DNA of 64,000 nucleotides, from positions 13,612 to 77,611 of the forward strand of contig CALIDI010000010.1 in the NCBI GenBank assembly GCA_938023035.1, read 5' to 3'. Positions within the stretch are counted from its first letter, which is position 1, and each line of letters opens with the position of its first letter. The notes under the pieces were generated by a model that saw only the letters and a list, made by a program, of their open reading frames with translations, ran no database searches and was not told the DNA's origin. Shown piece after piece: positions 37,966 through 49,030 of this stretch. The position numbers were made by a program, and so were the translations under genes. This stretch comes from an uncultured Leptolyngbyaceae cyanobacterium (GTDB lineage Bacteria; Cyanobacteriota; Cyanobacteriia; Leptolyngbyales; Leptolyngbyaceae).

Positions 37966-39849
37966 CTAAATTTCCTCAACCGTAGCACGAATACCCCGCT
38001 GTAAAAGTTGCTGGGTAAGTTCCTCGGCTTTGGCGCGATCGCTAAAAGCCCCTGCCTGTAAAACCGTCCTGCGATTCACAACCGTCCGAAAGGCGTCTGG
38101 CACCAGTGCTCGCAGTTGGGCTTCCTCAGCTTCACTGGCTGCCACCACAACCACTCGATAGCGCAGGTTAGCCATAGGAATAAGGCTCGATAGCGCCGGC
38201 GGACTTCCAGGGGTGCCGCTCTGATCGCGATAGACATTAACCCGAGGGGAATTTCCAATATTACCCAAGGGAATATTCGCTCTAGGCACGGGTAGGAGAT
38301 CGGGCAATGCGGCTGTTGATGCAGGTGGAGGGGAGAAATTAAGCGGAGCAGACTGGGAACGGGCCTCTGGTGGAGGCACCGGAATGGAAATTGCCTGAGG
38401 AGCGGGGCGACTTTGCGCTGGGGGCGGTGCCTGAGCGGCAGGCGGCACTGAAACCGCAGCGGTTGGTGGCGCAAAAGAGGGCTGAGCTGTTGCCGCTGGC
38501 GGCAGTGGGGTTGGAATTGGGGTCACTGTTGGGCGTATCCTTGGGTTCACGCTTGGTTGTACTGGCCGCACGGTCAGGGCCAATGGCCGAGCAGAAATGG
38601 GGATTGTTTGGATGGGGCGATCAGCCCCTAAAGCGGTTGGCGCACTACCACTAGAACCGGTGACGGGGAAATCACTGGCACCGGGCAGGTCAACCCGCTG
38701 AGGGGATGGGGGCGGAGTGCTCGGGCGCAAATTGGCTGGTCTAGGAGCTGTTGGGGCGATCGCCTTTGGCCCAGGCAATTGGGTGGTGACTGGCACAACA
38801 GTGGGTGCCTGAGCCATGCTCGGAAGATGCCCGGCACGATCTAGATTGCCAGCTACTTTGCCCATCTCATTACCAAAAGCCGGAATCACCTGGCTGGAGG
38901 TGATATTGACATCAAGTTGCTGGTTGTTGCGAATGAGATTGCCACCCGGCTCTGCTGTCGTTCCTAAATCGGGCCGAGTCTGGGCGATCGCGACCAGCCC
39001 ATTACGCTCGTTGCCCTCGATGGAGTTATTGCGTAAAATCGGCGCAGCATTGGCCTGAATCACGACGCCATCACGGTTTTGGGTAACCCGGTTGCCCACA
39101 ATCAAAGGCTTTGCCTGCTGATTAATATTGATGGCAAACCCCGTAGCCTCAAAGATGTTGTCGCTCACTTCGGCATCGGAGGTGCCATAGATAGTAATGC
39201 CATTGGCACCATTTTTGTAGAAATAGTTGTTACGAACCTGCGCTCGACTCTGGCCCACAAGAGAAATGCCATCGTGGGTGCTTTCGGTAAAAGTATTATC
39301 CGTAACAATAGGGCTAGTGGACTCCGCCCATAGCCCATAGCCCTGAGGTTCAGGATTGGTAATCGTTACACCAGTGATAGTACTTCGATCAGTACCCAAA
39401 ATCGTGACATTCTGGCGGGCAAAGCTGCGGCTCAAAAACGGCCCGCTCCCGCGAATCACATAGCCCTGGCCGCGCGTCGTTGGGTTACCGCGCACCGTCA
39501 CCCCAGGCTTGAGATAAATCGGAAACACCTCTCCTGTTTCACGACTGTAATGCCCCTCTACCAGTTGAATCACGGTGCCAGAAGTGGCCATCTGCAAGGC
39601 ACGGGTCAAAGAGCGATAGGGAGACAGTTCGCTCCCCCGACCATTGAGATCATCACCCGTCCGGGGATTGACGAAGAGAATCGTCTGTTGCTGCGAGTTA
39701 CCAGGCGATAAGGGCGTCAGTTTCTGAGGGGCCGCTTGGGCCACGGTTGCGCCATGGGTCACGCCCAAACCAACAGCAACCACGCTGCTGATAGCCCCGA
39801 TTAACCGATGACTAAAGGACTTGACTGGAAAATTGTGGGGAGCATTCAT
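37966..39849 (-). CDS. Exported right-handed parallel beta-helix (DUF1565/PbH1-like) protein with a Pro-rich linker and a C-terminal SPOR domain
   Basis: The ATG at 39849 is preceded by AGGAGG, followed by a signal-like segment. FVNPRTGDDLNGRGSELSPYRSLTRALQMATSGTVIQLVEGHY is a DUF1565-type start, followed by repeated NN/G-rich beta-helix turns. A ~200-aa P/A/S-rich linker comes next. The C-terminal YRVVVVAASEAEEAQLRALVPDAFR...LQAGAFSDRAKAEELTQQL is SPOR-like. Confidence 0.7.
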   Translation of the reverse strand: MNAPHNFPVKSFSHRLIGAISSVVAVGLGVTHGATVAQAAPQKLTPLSPGNSQQQTILFVNPRTGDDLNGRGSELSPYRSLTRALQMATSGTVIQLVEGHYSRETGEVFPIYLKPGVTVRGNPTTRGQGYVIRGSGPFLSRSFARQNVTILGTDRSTITGVTITNPEPQGYGLWAESTSPIVTDNTFTESTHDGISLVGQSRAQVRNNYFYKNGANGITIYGTSDAEVSDNIFEATGFAININQQAKPLIVGNRVTQNRDGVVIQANAAPILRNNSIEGNERNGLVAIAQTRPDLGTTAEPGGNLIRNNQQLDVNITSSQVIPAFGNEMGKVAGNLDRAGHLPSMAQAPTVVPVTTQLPGPKAIAPTAPRPANLRPSTPPPSPQRVDLPGASDFPVTGSSGSAPTALGADRPIQTIPISARPLALTVRPVQPSVNPRIRPTVTPIPTPLPPAATAQPSFAPPTAAVSVPPAAQAPPPAQSRPAPQAISIPVPPPEARSQSAPLNFSPPPASTAALPDLLPVPRANIPLGNIGNSPRVNVYRDQSGTPGSPPALSSLIPMANLRYRVVVVAASEAEEAQLRALVPDAFRTVVNRRTVLQAGAFSDRAKAEELTQQLLQRGIRATVEEI

Positions 39850-40082
39850 CAACCGATTCCTCCTGATTTGATTTGCGTCAACCGCGCTTATTAGCGTGAT
39901 CAACCAATCAGGCAAACCGCCACTCAAGCGGGCGATCGCCATCAGCTCCCATATCTTTTAACCGATGTTTGAGGGTTTGTAACATCGAATTTTAATTAGT
40001 CTTCGTCATTCCAAAGATGCCTCTTACTCAGGAGCAAGAAATCTAGCGATCGCCAGTTAATACAAGAGATGCATGTCACTTT

Positions 40083-40197
40083 TGCCCTCAACCTAAAGCC
40101 TTCTCCCAATTGGGGAGGGGGCCTTTGAGATGGCTCGGCTCCCCTGCTCTCAGGTTGAGAACAAAGCTGAGGGAGGAGGACCTGCGAAGGTGACCTG
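40083..40197. repeat. Dispersed short repeat, family 1, copy B
   Basis: Aligns with the reverse complement of 15711-15816 (see copy A). It sits between the beta-helix/SPOR gene start region and the ATPase stop. Confidence 0.7.
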
Positions 40198-40206
40198 CTC
40201 TCAGGG

Positions 40207-43116
40207 CTAATCGCGTTTGCTTTCCTTGCGCTGCGCATTAACGGCGGCCTTTTTCCAAGCAAACCAGCGATAGATCAATTTTTCTAGCTCTACCCAAACA
40301 AACATCAGGGTGCTAAAGCCAAGGCAAATCAGCAACTCTGTAGGACTGAGCCAATCGGTACCAAAGAAATTGCGTAGGGGGGGCACATAAATCAGCGCAA
40401 GTTGCAGTAAGGTTGTGAAGATAACAGCCGCTAACAGGAAAGGGTTAGAAAAGGGGTTTAGCTCCATTGTGAGGCGCGTATTAGACCGGATAGCTAAAGC
40501 ATGACCCATCTGAGCAATACACAACGTTGTAAAGACCATTGTCTTCCAGCGGTCATCATTCGGCCCATAGGTAGCCTCTACATAATCATGGGCAATCAGC
40601 GTTAGGCTAATCGCTAAAATCGCCAGAATTAGGCCAACCCGCACAATATACAACCCCAACCCTCTGGCAAAGATGCTCTCTCCTGGGTCATAGGGCGGGC
40701 GTTTCATCACATTTGGTTCTGCTGGTTCAACGGCCAGAGCTAGGGCTGGCAAACCATCCGTCACAAGGTTCATCCACAGAATCTGCAATGGAGTCAGAGG
40801 CACACCCAAATCACTTCGCAGCGCAGCACCTGCTTCAGGACTAATGGCTGCACCAAACAACAATGGAGCCGCCGCAATAGTGAGCAGTTCGCCAATGTTA
40901 CTGCCTAGGATGTATTTAATGAAGCGCCGGATGTTTGTATAGACAACACGACCTTCTTCGGTTGCTGCGACAATCGTGGCAAAGTTGTCATCCAGAAGTA
41001 CCATGTCGCTGGCATCTTTACTCACGTCTGTGCCAGTAATCCCCATAGCAACGCCGATATCGGCCTGTTTTAGGGCCGGGGCATCGTTAACCCCATCGCC
41101 GGTCATCGCCACAATGTGGTTTTGCCGCTGCATTGCTTGCACAATGCGTAACTTATGCTCTGGGGCAACCCTGGCATAGATGCTAACGTGACTGACAGCT
41201 TGCTCTAAGTCCGCTTGGCTCATACTTTCTAGCTCACGGCCTGTCAGTACGGCATCACTTTCACTAGCAATGTTCAAATCAACAGCGATCGCCTTCGCGG
41301 TTAACTGATGATCCCCCGTAATCATGACTGGGCGAATCCCAGCAGAGCGGCAGCGAGCCACGGCTTCGCGCACCTCGGGTCGAGGGGCGTCTAACATCGC
41401 GACCAACCCTAGCCAAACCAACCCTTTTTCAAAAACTTCGTCTCCATCTTCCGGCGGTATCTGATTCAGCGGCTTACAGGCAAACCCCAAAACCCGTAGC
41501 CCTTTTCTGGCAAGCTGGTTGTTTTGTTCCAGGATGCGATCGCGCTGTTCCTTACCAATTTCCTGAGCCGCATCCCCCACCTGAATTTGGATGCAGCGCT
41601 CTAGCACCAGTTCTGGCGACCCCTTCGTAAACATCATATAGGGAGCAACCGCTGCAACAGCACCCTGCTCCAGCGGCGCTGCTTGCACAATCACGCTCAT
41701 GCGCTTACGTTCAGAAGAAAAAGGAAACTCACCCACACGGGGCATTTTTGCTTCTAACTGGTCTTTGCGAAAACCTGCCTTTTCTGCTAGAGACAGCAGC
41801 GCCCCCTCAGTGGGGTCTCCTAAAATCGCCCACTCCCCTGCCTCTTTTTGCAAAATGGCATCATTACACAGTGTGCAGGCCAGCAACAAATTAAGAAGCT
41901 CTGGAAATTCTTGCGGATTCAGTATGGTCGAGTTGGTGATATCTTCCGCCGCATAAAAATCTCCCACTGGGTCATAGCCACTGCCAGTGACTCGCAGCGC
42001 CGCACGGCTGGTGTAAACCTGCTGCACAACCATCTTGTTTTGCGTCAGGGTGCCTGTCTTATCTGAGCAAATAATCGTCACCGATCCGAGGGTTTCCACG
42101 GCTGGTAACCGCCGAATCAGAGCGTTGCGCCGCACCATCCGCTGAGTCCCCAAGGCCAGCGTTACCGTAATCACAGCAGGCAGACCTTCTGGCACAATGG
42201 CCACAGCCATACTGAGGGAAACTTCTACCAAATCTTTCCAGCGTTCCCAGCCTAAGGATGCAATTCCTGCAACCACCACAATTCCGACAAGAATCATGGC
42301 CCCTGTCACCAGCGCCTGACTCAACTGATCCATGCGTTGCTGTAAGGGGGTCGCCTCAGCTTCGACGGTTTGCAGTAGCGTTGCAATCCGGCCTAGCTCC
42401 GTTTGCATACCGGTATTGGTCACAACTGCCGTACCGCGCCCATGCAAAACGTCAGTTCCCTGAAAGAGCAGGTTAGAACGATCGCCCAAAGGTGTATCTT
42501 CTGGTAGGGTTGCATCGGCCCGCTTACTAGAGGCGTGGGCTTCACCAGTCAAAGCGGACTCACGCACCTGCAAATTCAAAGCTTCAATCAAACGGGCATC
42601 CGCTGAAACTTGCACCCCTGCTTCCAGCAGCATGATATCGCCGGGCACCAACTCTTTGGAATCAATTTCGACGGGTATTCCATTACGGATGACCCGTACT
42701 CGCGAAGAGGCTAATTTCTTTAGGGCCGCTAAATCTTTTTCAGCCTTGCTTTCCTGCAAATAGCCCAATAGCCCATTCAAGATCACAATCGATAAAATTG
42801 CGATCGTATCTTTAAAGGGAATGTCTCCTTCTAATTTGCCGGCCTGAAGGTCAATAAAGTCCAGAACGCCAGAGACGACTGCAACCGCGATCAGCAGTAG
42901 CAGCATGATATTGCTGAACTGATCTAGCAATATTTGCCAGGCACTGCGACCCTGAGCCTCAACCAGTTCGTTACGCCCAAACTGCTGTAACGCAGCGGTT
43001 ACTTGTTCTGTAACAAGCCCGTGAACGCGATCGCTGTGGAGCTGGTCAAGGGCCTCGTCAACACTCAAAGTGTGCCAGGGAGTCCCTCGAAGTTGAGGCG
43101 AAGAATTTGCAGTCAT
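40207..43116 (-). CDS. pacL: P-type (P2A, PacL/SERCA-like) Ca2+-transporting ATPase
   Basis: Motifs [25 protein letters not shown] and [21 protein letters not shown]. It has the N-terminal cation-ATPase-N layout and is 969 aa long. Confidence 0.85.
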   Translation of the reverse strand: MTANSSPQLRGTPWHTLSVDEALDQLHSDRVHGLVTEQVTAALQQFGRNELVEAQGRSAWQILLDQFSNIMLLLLIAVAVVSGVLDFIDLQAGKLEGDIPFKDTIAILSIVILNGLLGYLQESKAEKDLAALKKLASSRVRVIRNGIPVEIDSKELVPGDIMLLEAGVQVSADARLIEALNLQVRESALTGEAHASSKRADATLPEDTPLGDRSNLLFQGTDVLHGRGTAVVTNTGMQTELGRIATLLQTVEAEATPLQQRMDQLSQALVTGAMILVGIVVVAGIASLGWERWKDLVEVSLSMAVAIVPEGLPAVITVTLALGTQRMVRRNALIRRLPAVETLGSVTIICSDKTGTLTQNKMVVQQVYTSRAALRVTGSGYDPVGDFYAAEDITNSTILNPQEFPELLNLLLACTLCNDAILQKEAGEWAILGDPTEGALLSLAEKAGFRKDQLEAKMPRVGEFPFSSERKRMSVIVQAAPLEQGAVAAVAPYMMFTKGSPELVLERCIQIQVGDAAQEIGKEQRDRILEQNNQLARKGLRVLGFACKPLNQIPPEDGDEVFEKGLVWLGLVAMLDAPRPEVREAVARCRSAGIRPVMITGDHQLTAKAIAVDLNIASESDAVLTGRELESMSQADLEQAVSHVSIYARVAPEHKLRIVQAMQRQNHIVAMTGDGVNDAPALKQADIGVAMGITGTDVSKDASDMVLLDDNFATIVAATEEGRVVYTNIRRFIKYILGSNIGELLTIAAAPLLFGAAISPEAGAALRSDLGVPLTPLQILWMNLVTDGLPALALAVEPAEPNVMKRPPYDPGESIFARGLGLYIVRVGLILAILAISLTLIAHDYVEATYGPNDDRWKTMVFTTLCIAQMGHALAIRSNTRLTMELNPFSNPFLLAAVIFTTLLQLALIYVPPLRNFFGTDWLSPTELLICLGFSTLMFVWVELEKLIYRWFAWKKAAVNAQRKESKRD

Positions 43117-43492
43117 TAGAAGCTCTTAAAAGATGAAAGGGCTACAGCACTCGATCATAGTGCCAGAATCCGCAACCTGGCACTATAAATTAGTGTTAAG
43201 TTTATCGACTGATTTGTCATTTCAAGCAAAAATCAATAGGAATTGGGCGGTCTATTCATTCGCTGGGCCTTTCACAGGGTAGTAGTGGTTTGCTTTGTTT
43301 ATGCCAGCCAAGTATCCCTTTGGTAAAGCAGCCATTCTCTAATCTCTAATCGTGCCTAGTATTGTTCCAGTTGGCGGCGCTGGCCCCTGGATAACCAAGT
43401 TCTTCTCCTCTCAATAGACTGCTGAGCAGGTGGCTGATCCTACTAGAGCCTTAAGGTTATTCACCTTGCCCTGTAGCCTAGGCTTTTCACCT

Positions 43493-44644
43493 ATGAGCAC
43501 TCACCTTTTCACTCCATCTACCCTGGTTGGTCGGCAAGCAGAAGTCGCAAAAATTTGCCAAATCCTCGCAACAGATGGTGATTTGCTCCTAGCCGGTGTA
43601 CCCGGAAGTGGGCGGCGCACCCTGCTGCGGTATACCGCTCAATTAATGCAATGCCAGATGATCGAAATCGACTGTTTGCGGGCAACAGACAGCACAAGGT
43701 TTTTGCAATTGCTCGCTGAAGGAATCATGGCCACCTTCTCTACCCCATCTGATTTGGCTTTAGTTGAGCGTGTTTGTAAGACATCGCCCTTTTTACTAAA
43801 ACCTTCTAGCCCAGATGGCAACCAACTGTTATGGCCACCCGATGCCGACGAATGGCAGATATTCCAGGCACTATTAAACCTCCCCCAAATCCTAGCAGAA
43901 GCCCTAAATAGTCGGGTTGTCATTGTCTTTCAAAATTTTCCGCATCTGCGCTCTTGGGATCGTAAAGAAAAATGGCAGACCTATCTGCGTCAAGAAGTCC
44001 ATATTCAAGATCGCGTCAGCTATGCTTTGATTGCAACCGTTGCTGAGCGCTGGGTTCAACATAGCAATATGCAGGCGGTGTTTCTTGGCCCCCTGCATGA
44101 TGAAGATATTGTGAACTGGCTTGTTCCAATGATGGCCGCAGAAGGCTTAAAGTTTGACTCTGAAGGGCATGCCCTGTCTCTCTTTCTCGACTATGTGCAG
44201 GGACATTTTGGGGATGCTCTGGCTTTGGCCCGACGGATCTGGCTAACCGTACAATCAGAACGGGCACAGTTGTTTCCTCGACCTGGCCTGTCCCACTCCA
44301 TTCCAGGCCAGGTCGAGGAAAACGTTCCATCCTTTTTCTCTATCTATCCCGATCAGGTTCACCGCGCAGCCCTAGCCCTCGTGCAAGACTTATCCGTCAC
44401 TTTTGAATCGTTAATCCTATTGTTACCTCCCAGTCAGGTGCGTGTGCTAGAGAGTCTAGCCCTTGACCCTACGCCAAGCCCCCAGGCCCGCGAGTATATC
44501 CGTAAACATCGTCTTTCACGGGGCGGTGGTTTACAGGGCGCTCTGGCTAGCCTAGAACAAAAAGGCTTGGTCTACGGTGCAGATTATAACTATCGCCTGA
44601 CCATGCCGCTTCTTGCCCTATGGTTGCGCTATCGCCTGTCTTGA
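43493..44644 (+). CDS. Arch_ATPase/ORC-like P-loop-fold protein with degenerate Walker motifs and a C-terminal winged-helix-like segment
   Basis: LVGRQAEV...LLLAGVPGSGRRTLL sits at the Walker A position, and RVVIVFQNF at the Walker B position. The C-terminal LQGALASLEQKGLVY is wHTH-like. ATG at 43493; a GTG alternative exists at 43430. Confidence 0.55.
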   Translation: MSTHLFTPSTLVGRQAEVAKICQILATDGDLLLAGVPGSGRRTLLRYTAQLMQCQMIEIDCLRATDSTRFLQLLAEGIMATFSTPSDLALVERVCKTSPFLLKPSSPDGNQLLWPPDADEWQIFQALLNLPQILAEALNSRVVIVFQNFPHLRSWDRKEKWQTYLRQEVHIQDRVSYALIATVAERWVQHSNMQAVFLGPLHDEDIVNWLVPMMAAEGLKFDSEGHALSLFLDYVQGHFGDALALARRIWLTVQSERAQLFPRPGLSHSIPGQVEENVPSFFSIYPDQVHRAALALVQDLSVTFESLILLLPPSQVRVLESLALDPTPSPQAREYIRKHRLSRGGGLQGALASLEQKGLVYGADYNYRLTMPLLALWLRYRLS

Positions 44645-45035
44645 CCCTGTTAGCTGAGTGAGCTGAAGCAGTTATCACTTTGTGAGCAAACAGAAGTCTT
44701 TGGCCAATCCCTCACCATTTAATTATCTAATACCAAATTCATACACCGAATGCGACAAATATCCGGTTAGATGCTTTGGCTTGCAGGGCTGCTGTTAGCC
44801 AAAGTGCACATCCAAAATGATACGGCTTAGCCGACTGGTTGGAGTCGGGGTAAAAGAGGTGGAACCCCTGGGTATGGCACTGCCCCTTAAACCTAGTGGA
44901 CTCAACAACCGGGCGATCGCTATATAAGAATATAAGAGCTGGCTCTAAAGTTCCTTCCCTTGGATCAGCTCAAACGCTATCTCAAGCAATAGAAAGCAAG
45001 AACAGACACTTTGCAAAAACATGCTGCAAAGAATA

Positions 45036-45065
45036 CTCCGACAGAGCGGAGGGTTTGTTTTTTTA
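45036..45065 (+). terminator. Possible intrinsic terminator in the long gap upstream of the FHA gene
   Basis: CTCCG-ACAGAG-CGGAG followed by GGTTTGTTTTTTTA. The stem is only 5 bp, so this is weak. Confidence 0.3.
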
Positions 45066-45591
45066 CTCAACAAGGCTTTTTAAGCTTTACTTCAGAAAAC
45101 TTTGTTCAGCCGTGTTATCTGTGAACATCTGGTAAAACTTCTATCAATTTCGGAAGTTGGGGTTGTGACTTGAGCACTTGATAGGCTTTATTCAACATAG
45201 TGGATTTACTCACCCGCATGGGTGAGGGGTGCTGTTGACTACCAAGTTCTCTGTATAGTTGTCATTTACACTAGGCCCAACCCAAAAATAGTATTCTTGA
45301 CAGATTCTCTTCCCTACTGCACCTGAACCGGGCATGCCAGCCTTGTCCTTTCACTAGATTGAACAACGGCTAACCTGGGGATTGATTTGGTCAAGCCACT
45401 CTGCAAACCAATCGTTTCCCTGCATCTCAGTTAAACTTATCAGCATTGCTGAGTAGCGAGATGATTTTGCTAAACCCTGAACAAGCTTTAGGGCTTTCAA
45501 TCATCAACTCATCGCTTGAATCAGCAACGCCAAATTATCACCCAAATATCTTACTTTTTCTCCTAGCGGACTACCCCATCCATTAGAAGCC

Positions 45592-46143
45592 ATGTTGAAC
45601 TCTGATCAATCCAAGTTTCTTAATCTCAGAACTCTGAGGTTTCTACGCCAAAATCCGAAGGTCACTCGTATTCTGGTAAAAGACGCTGGCTTAGATATGA
45701 GCCGAGTTGAAACTATCATTGAGCCAATAATGGACGCCCCTAAGCGGTGTGAGATCAGTTCTTTTTATTTGCAGGCTGTGACAACCGGTCGAACCGCTTT
45801 TCTGACAACTAATCTCCCAGACATTTGTGACATTTTTGTGACAGATGTGTCGGCTGTTTGGGTGATTGGTCGCGATTCAGCCTGTGCAATTACTGTGGCT
45901 GATCAGTCTATCTCGCGATTACACGCCGCAATTGGGCATCGGCATGGGGGAGGGTTCTACATCACCGATGTGGGTAGCACCAATGGAACGCGGGTTAATG
46001 GACGTAGGCTGAAACCGCAGATTGCTCACGCGATCGCGGATGGAGATTTGTTAGAGTTCAGCAATCTACGGGTTGAGTTTTTTGTGTCGGGTCTTCTCCA
46101 ACTGGTCAACCCCAATCAGGACACATTTGTGGGCAGTGCATGA
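45592..46143 (+). CDS. FHA-domain protein
   Basis: VWVIGRDSACAITVADQSISRLHAAIGHRHGGGFYITDVGSTNGTRVNGRRL...GDLLEF is a canonical FHA core (GR..., SR.HA, S.NGT..NG). Confidence 0.8.
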   Translation: MLNSDQSKFLNLRTLRFLRQNPKVTRILVKDAGLDMSRVETIIEPIMDAPKRCEISSFYLQAVTTGRTAFLTTNLPDICDIFVTDVSAVWVIGRDSACAITVADQSISRLHAAIGHRHGGGFYITDVGSTNGTRVNGRRLKPQIAHAIADGDLLEFSNLRVEFFVSGLLQLVNPNQDTFVGSA

Positions 46144-46336
46144 GATTGGTGCTGCTCTTGGTTCAGCAAATCAGGGGCCTGTATCCTTAGACTGGAGAGA
46201 ACAGGCCTATCCCTTTTTGCTCACGATCAAGATGAGGCAATCAAGGCGAGACGATCAACATCGCCCTTGCCTCCTACCGCCTTAACTGCGTTTGCCTCAA
46301 ACTCAAATGGGCAGTCTCCCGCAAATTTCTCGTTTC

Positions 46337-46990
46337 TCAGGCGGTTGCTGTTGTAGGGTAGCAGACTTTGGTGCCACCTAGCCCACAGTAGCCATTAGGG
46401 TTTTTGGCAAGATACTGCTGATGATAGGCCTCAGCATAGTAAAACGGTGGTGCATCCAAAATCTCTGTTGTAATCGAGCCATAGCCCGCCTGAGTGAGGG
46501 CAGCTTGATAATTGACCAGCGAGGCCTCCGCCTTTTGGCGCTGCGATTCTGAATAGACGTAGATTCCAGAGCGGTACTGGGTTCCAACATCATTGCCCTG
46601 ACGCATCCCTTGGGTCGGGTCATGGCTTTCCCAAAAAACCTGTAACAGCGTTTCATAACTGATGACTTTAGGGTCAAAAACAACCAGCACCACTTCGTTG
46701 TGCCCGGTCATTCCACTGCAAACTTCCTGATAGGTCGGATTTGGTGTATAGCCAGCCGCATAACCAACGGCGGTCGTATAAACTCCTTCCTGTTGCCAAA
46801 ACTTGCGCTCAGCGCCCCAAAAGCATCCCAGGCCAAACATGGCAGTTTCTAGACCCTCTGGAAAAGGCGGCTGAAGGGGGTTACCATTCACAAAATGCTC
46901 CTTCGGGACAGGCATCTTCTCGCTACGTCCAGGTAAAGCTTCATTTGCAGCAGGCATCGTGCTCTTTTTACCAAGTCCGAATAAAAACAT
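46337..46990 (-). CDS. msrA: Peptide-methionine (S)-S-oxide reductase
   Basis: [13 protein letters not shown] active-site motif and a YHQQYL C-terminal motif. The ATG is preceded by GGGAGG. Confidence 0.9.
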   Translation of the reverse strand: MFLFGLGKKSTMPAANEALPGRSEKMPVPKEHFVNGNPLQPPFPEGLETAMFGLGCFWGAERKFWQQEGVYTTAVGYAAGYTPNPTYQEVCSGMTGHNEVVLVVFDPKVISYETLLQVFWESHDPTQGMRQGNDVGTQYRSGIYVYSESQRQKAEASLVNYQAALTQAGYGSITTEILDAPPFYYAEAYHQQYLAKNPNGYCGLGGTKVCYPTTATA

Positions 46991-47510
46991 TGGCCTCCCT
47001 CTGAATTGTTAAGTAAATGTAACTCTTCACTCTCCCATCATAAACCAGCCTTTCCTAATCTTGGGGGCTAGCCTTTGTCGCAGCCTGACAGGGGTTAGCG
47101 GCTCTTAGAGGTAGGGGTTCTATCACCTGAAACCTAACCAAAGAGAGGCACAGAGAACACAGAGCCAGATCTCGGTGCTCTCCGGGTCTCCGTGGTAAAG
47201 CGCTAAGGCTCTCAGTCCCTTGCATGGATGAGGCTCAAGACAGAACCCCAAGCGCCCCTTGGGTGATCCTAATGCTGACTACGCCTGCATCAGTTTTACC
47301 GCTCGATTAGTCTGTATTTATTATCTGTATTTATTAACTATCGGCAGGGAACTCAATGGGAAGCCCAGGAGAGGGGAACATCAAAAGTAGGTTGCAAGTC
47401 GCTATTGTCGATTTAAACGCCTGCGCTTTTCCGGTTTGCTAACAGGTAGCCTCTCTTTTCAGGCTCGATAGAGTAAGGAGAAGGCGTTCAGCAAACCATC
47501 CTATATTTAC

Positions 47511-48836
47511 TTAACGATCTAAGAGAGGGTTCTTATTAACGACGACCCCTGCAATCCCTCCTGCCATCAAGGTGTAAACTGGGTTAACCATAGCGTTGGC
47601 GGTGCAATCGTATACATACATCAAGATAAAAACTGCGATCGTTGCGGCTGGGGCTACAACAGGGTTACCCCATAGTCGGGCCGGAAACCGAATTGCAAAA
47701 CTGATAATGGGCAGAAGCAAGGTGCCAAAAGAAGCGATCAGACCGACATAGCCATTCACTCCAAAGTTGATGATCCACAAGCTATCTGTAACGGACGTGT
47801 CTTCACCGTAATCATTGAATACACGGTTTCGACCAAACCCGCCCCAGCCCCAAACTGGCCGCTGGCGAGCTTTTGCAGATAAGATCTCTTCGTTTTCAAA
47901 CCGAAAATCCATGGATTGAACTCGGTCTGGCTCAAACACTCCTGACATCCAGTTCACCAGAGGTTCGCGCGGAAAGTTGCCAGAGGCTCCCAGGTACATG
48001 TATAAAACGGTTGCGGCTAAAATCGCCCAAAATAAGGGAGCCATTCGCAGCCAACGGGCCATAAACACGATGGCGATCGCCGCCGCGAACAAAACATAGG
48101 CTCCGGTAGAGCGAATTAAAGCAAACACAGCCACCAGGTAAAACGCATAAAAAGCCATGGGGAAATTCCACAGCTTCTTCAAAATCTGAAAGCGCCATAT
48201 AACCATAGCAAACAGTGCACCTGCCATCATCCAAACCGATAGCATCAGGCCACTAAACATAAAGACAGAAGGTCGATAGCCACCCATCCTTATAGAAAAC
48301 ATAAAAGACTGAGTGGGAATCTGAAACCCATAAACAAGCAAATGAAAATTCAGCATTAACCGCCCTTCGATTACACAGAGCGGAGCATAAAAAATGGTTC
48401 CAATCAAAACCCCAATCACCAGCCGCTTTAGGCTAGCAAAGCTATCAAAATAAAGCCTACCGATAAAATAGGGTATCCCCCAAGACATTGTATTGATTAA
48501 AGACGCGACAACCCCATCGTAGGCTCCTAAACCATTCAAAACAGAGGTCGGAAGATTACATACACACCAAACAAGGATGGGAATATCAATCCACTTCAGT
48601 TGCAATCGGCTAAACCGTCCCGAATCAAACAGGAAAATACCCACCAGAACTGCATAAGAAATGGAATTAACCCGATCAAAATTCGGAAAAAAAGGAATCG
48701 TAATTTCTGAATAAGGTAAAAACATCCACCCCGCAACAAAGCTGATAATAATGGCACGTTGGGGTGTATACCGATTAAACAAGAATAGAACAATCGGAAT
48801 CCAGCTATATTGAACAATGGGGGCAGGAATCAGCAT
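47511..48836 (-). CDS. Polytopic membrane protein, Wzy / O-antigen-ligase-like polymerase candidate
   Basis: 441 aa with ~10 or more hydrophobic helices and one larger loop. It lies in a locus with Wzx, Wza, Wzc and GT2. The assignment comes from topology and context only. Confidence 0.5.
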   Translation of the reverse strand: MLIPAPIVQYSWIPIVLFLFNRYTPQRAIIISFVAGWMFLPYSEITIPFFPNFDRVNSISYAVLVGIFLFDSGRFSRLQLKWIDIPILVWCVCNLPTSVLNGLGAYDGVVASLINTMSWGIPYFIGRLYFDSFASLKRLVIGVLIGTIFYAPLCVIEGRLMLNFHLLVYGFQIPTQSFMFSIRMGGYRPSVFMFSGLMLSVWMMAGALFAMVIWRFQILKKLWNFPMAFYAFYLVAVFALIRSTGAYVLFAAAIAIVFMARWLRMAPLFWAILAATVLYMYLGASGNFPREPLVNWMSGVFEPDRVQSMDFRFENEEILSAKARQRPVWGWGGFGRNRVFNDYGEDTSVTDSLWIINFGVNGYVGLIASFGTLLLPIISFAIRFPARLWGNPVVAPAATIAVFILMYVYDCTANAMVNPVYTLMAGGIAGVVVNKNPLLDR

Positions 48837-49030
48837 GGATTTAATAAAGGGGGGCGGTAGAGTTTATTCGCTTTAGATCAGTGAATCTTGCAAGACCAGT
48901 CTGTTACTCTTTGAGATCATTCCTTCCTTGACTCTGTTTTCCTCTGCGTTGTTTCATTTCTGAAGTAAAGCTCTACAGCGCAAGATCGACGATCCTACCT
49001 CTGTAGAGCTTTTTGGCATAGAAACGAAGG

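Noticed and set aside
47147-47195. CACAGAGAACACAGAG ... CTCTCCGGGTCTCCGTG imperfect inverted repeat upstream of msrA
   Set aside because: When paired base by base the stem is heavily interrupted. It may be a decayed copy of a common cyanobacterial hairpin repeat, but I cannot support a defined structure.
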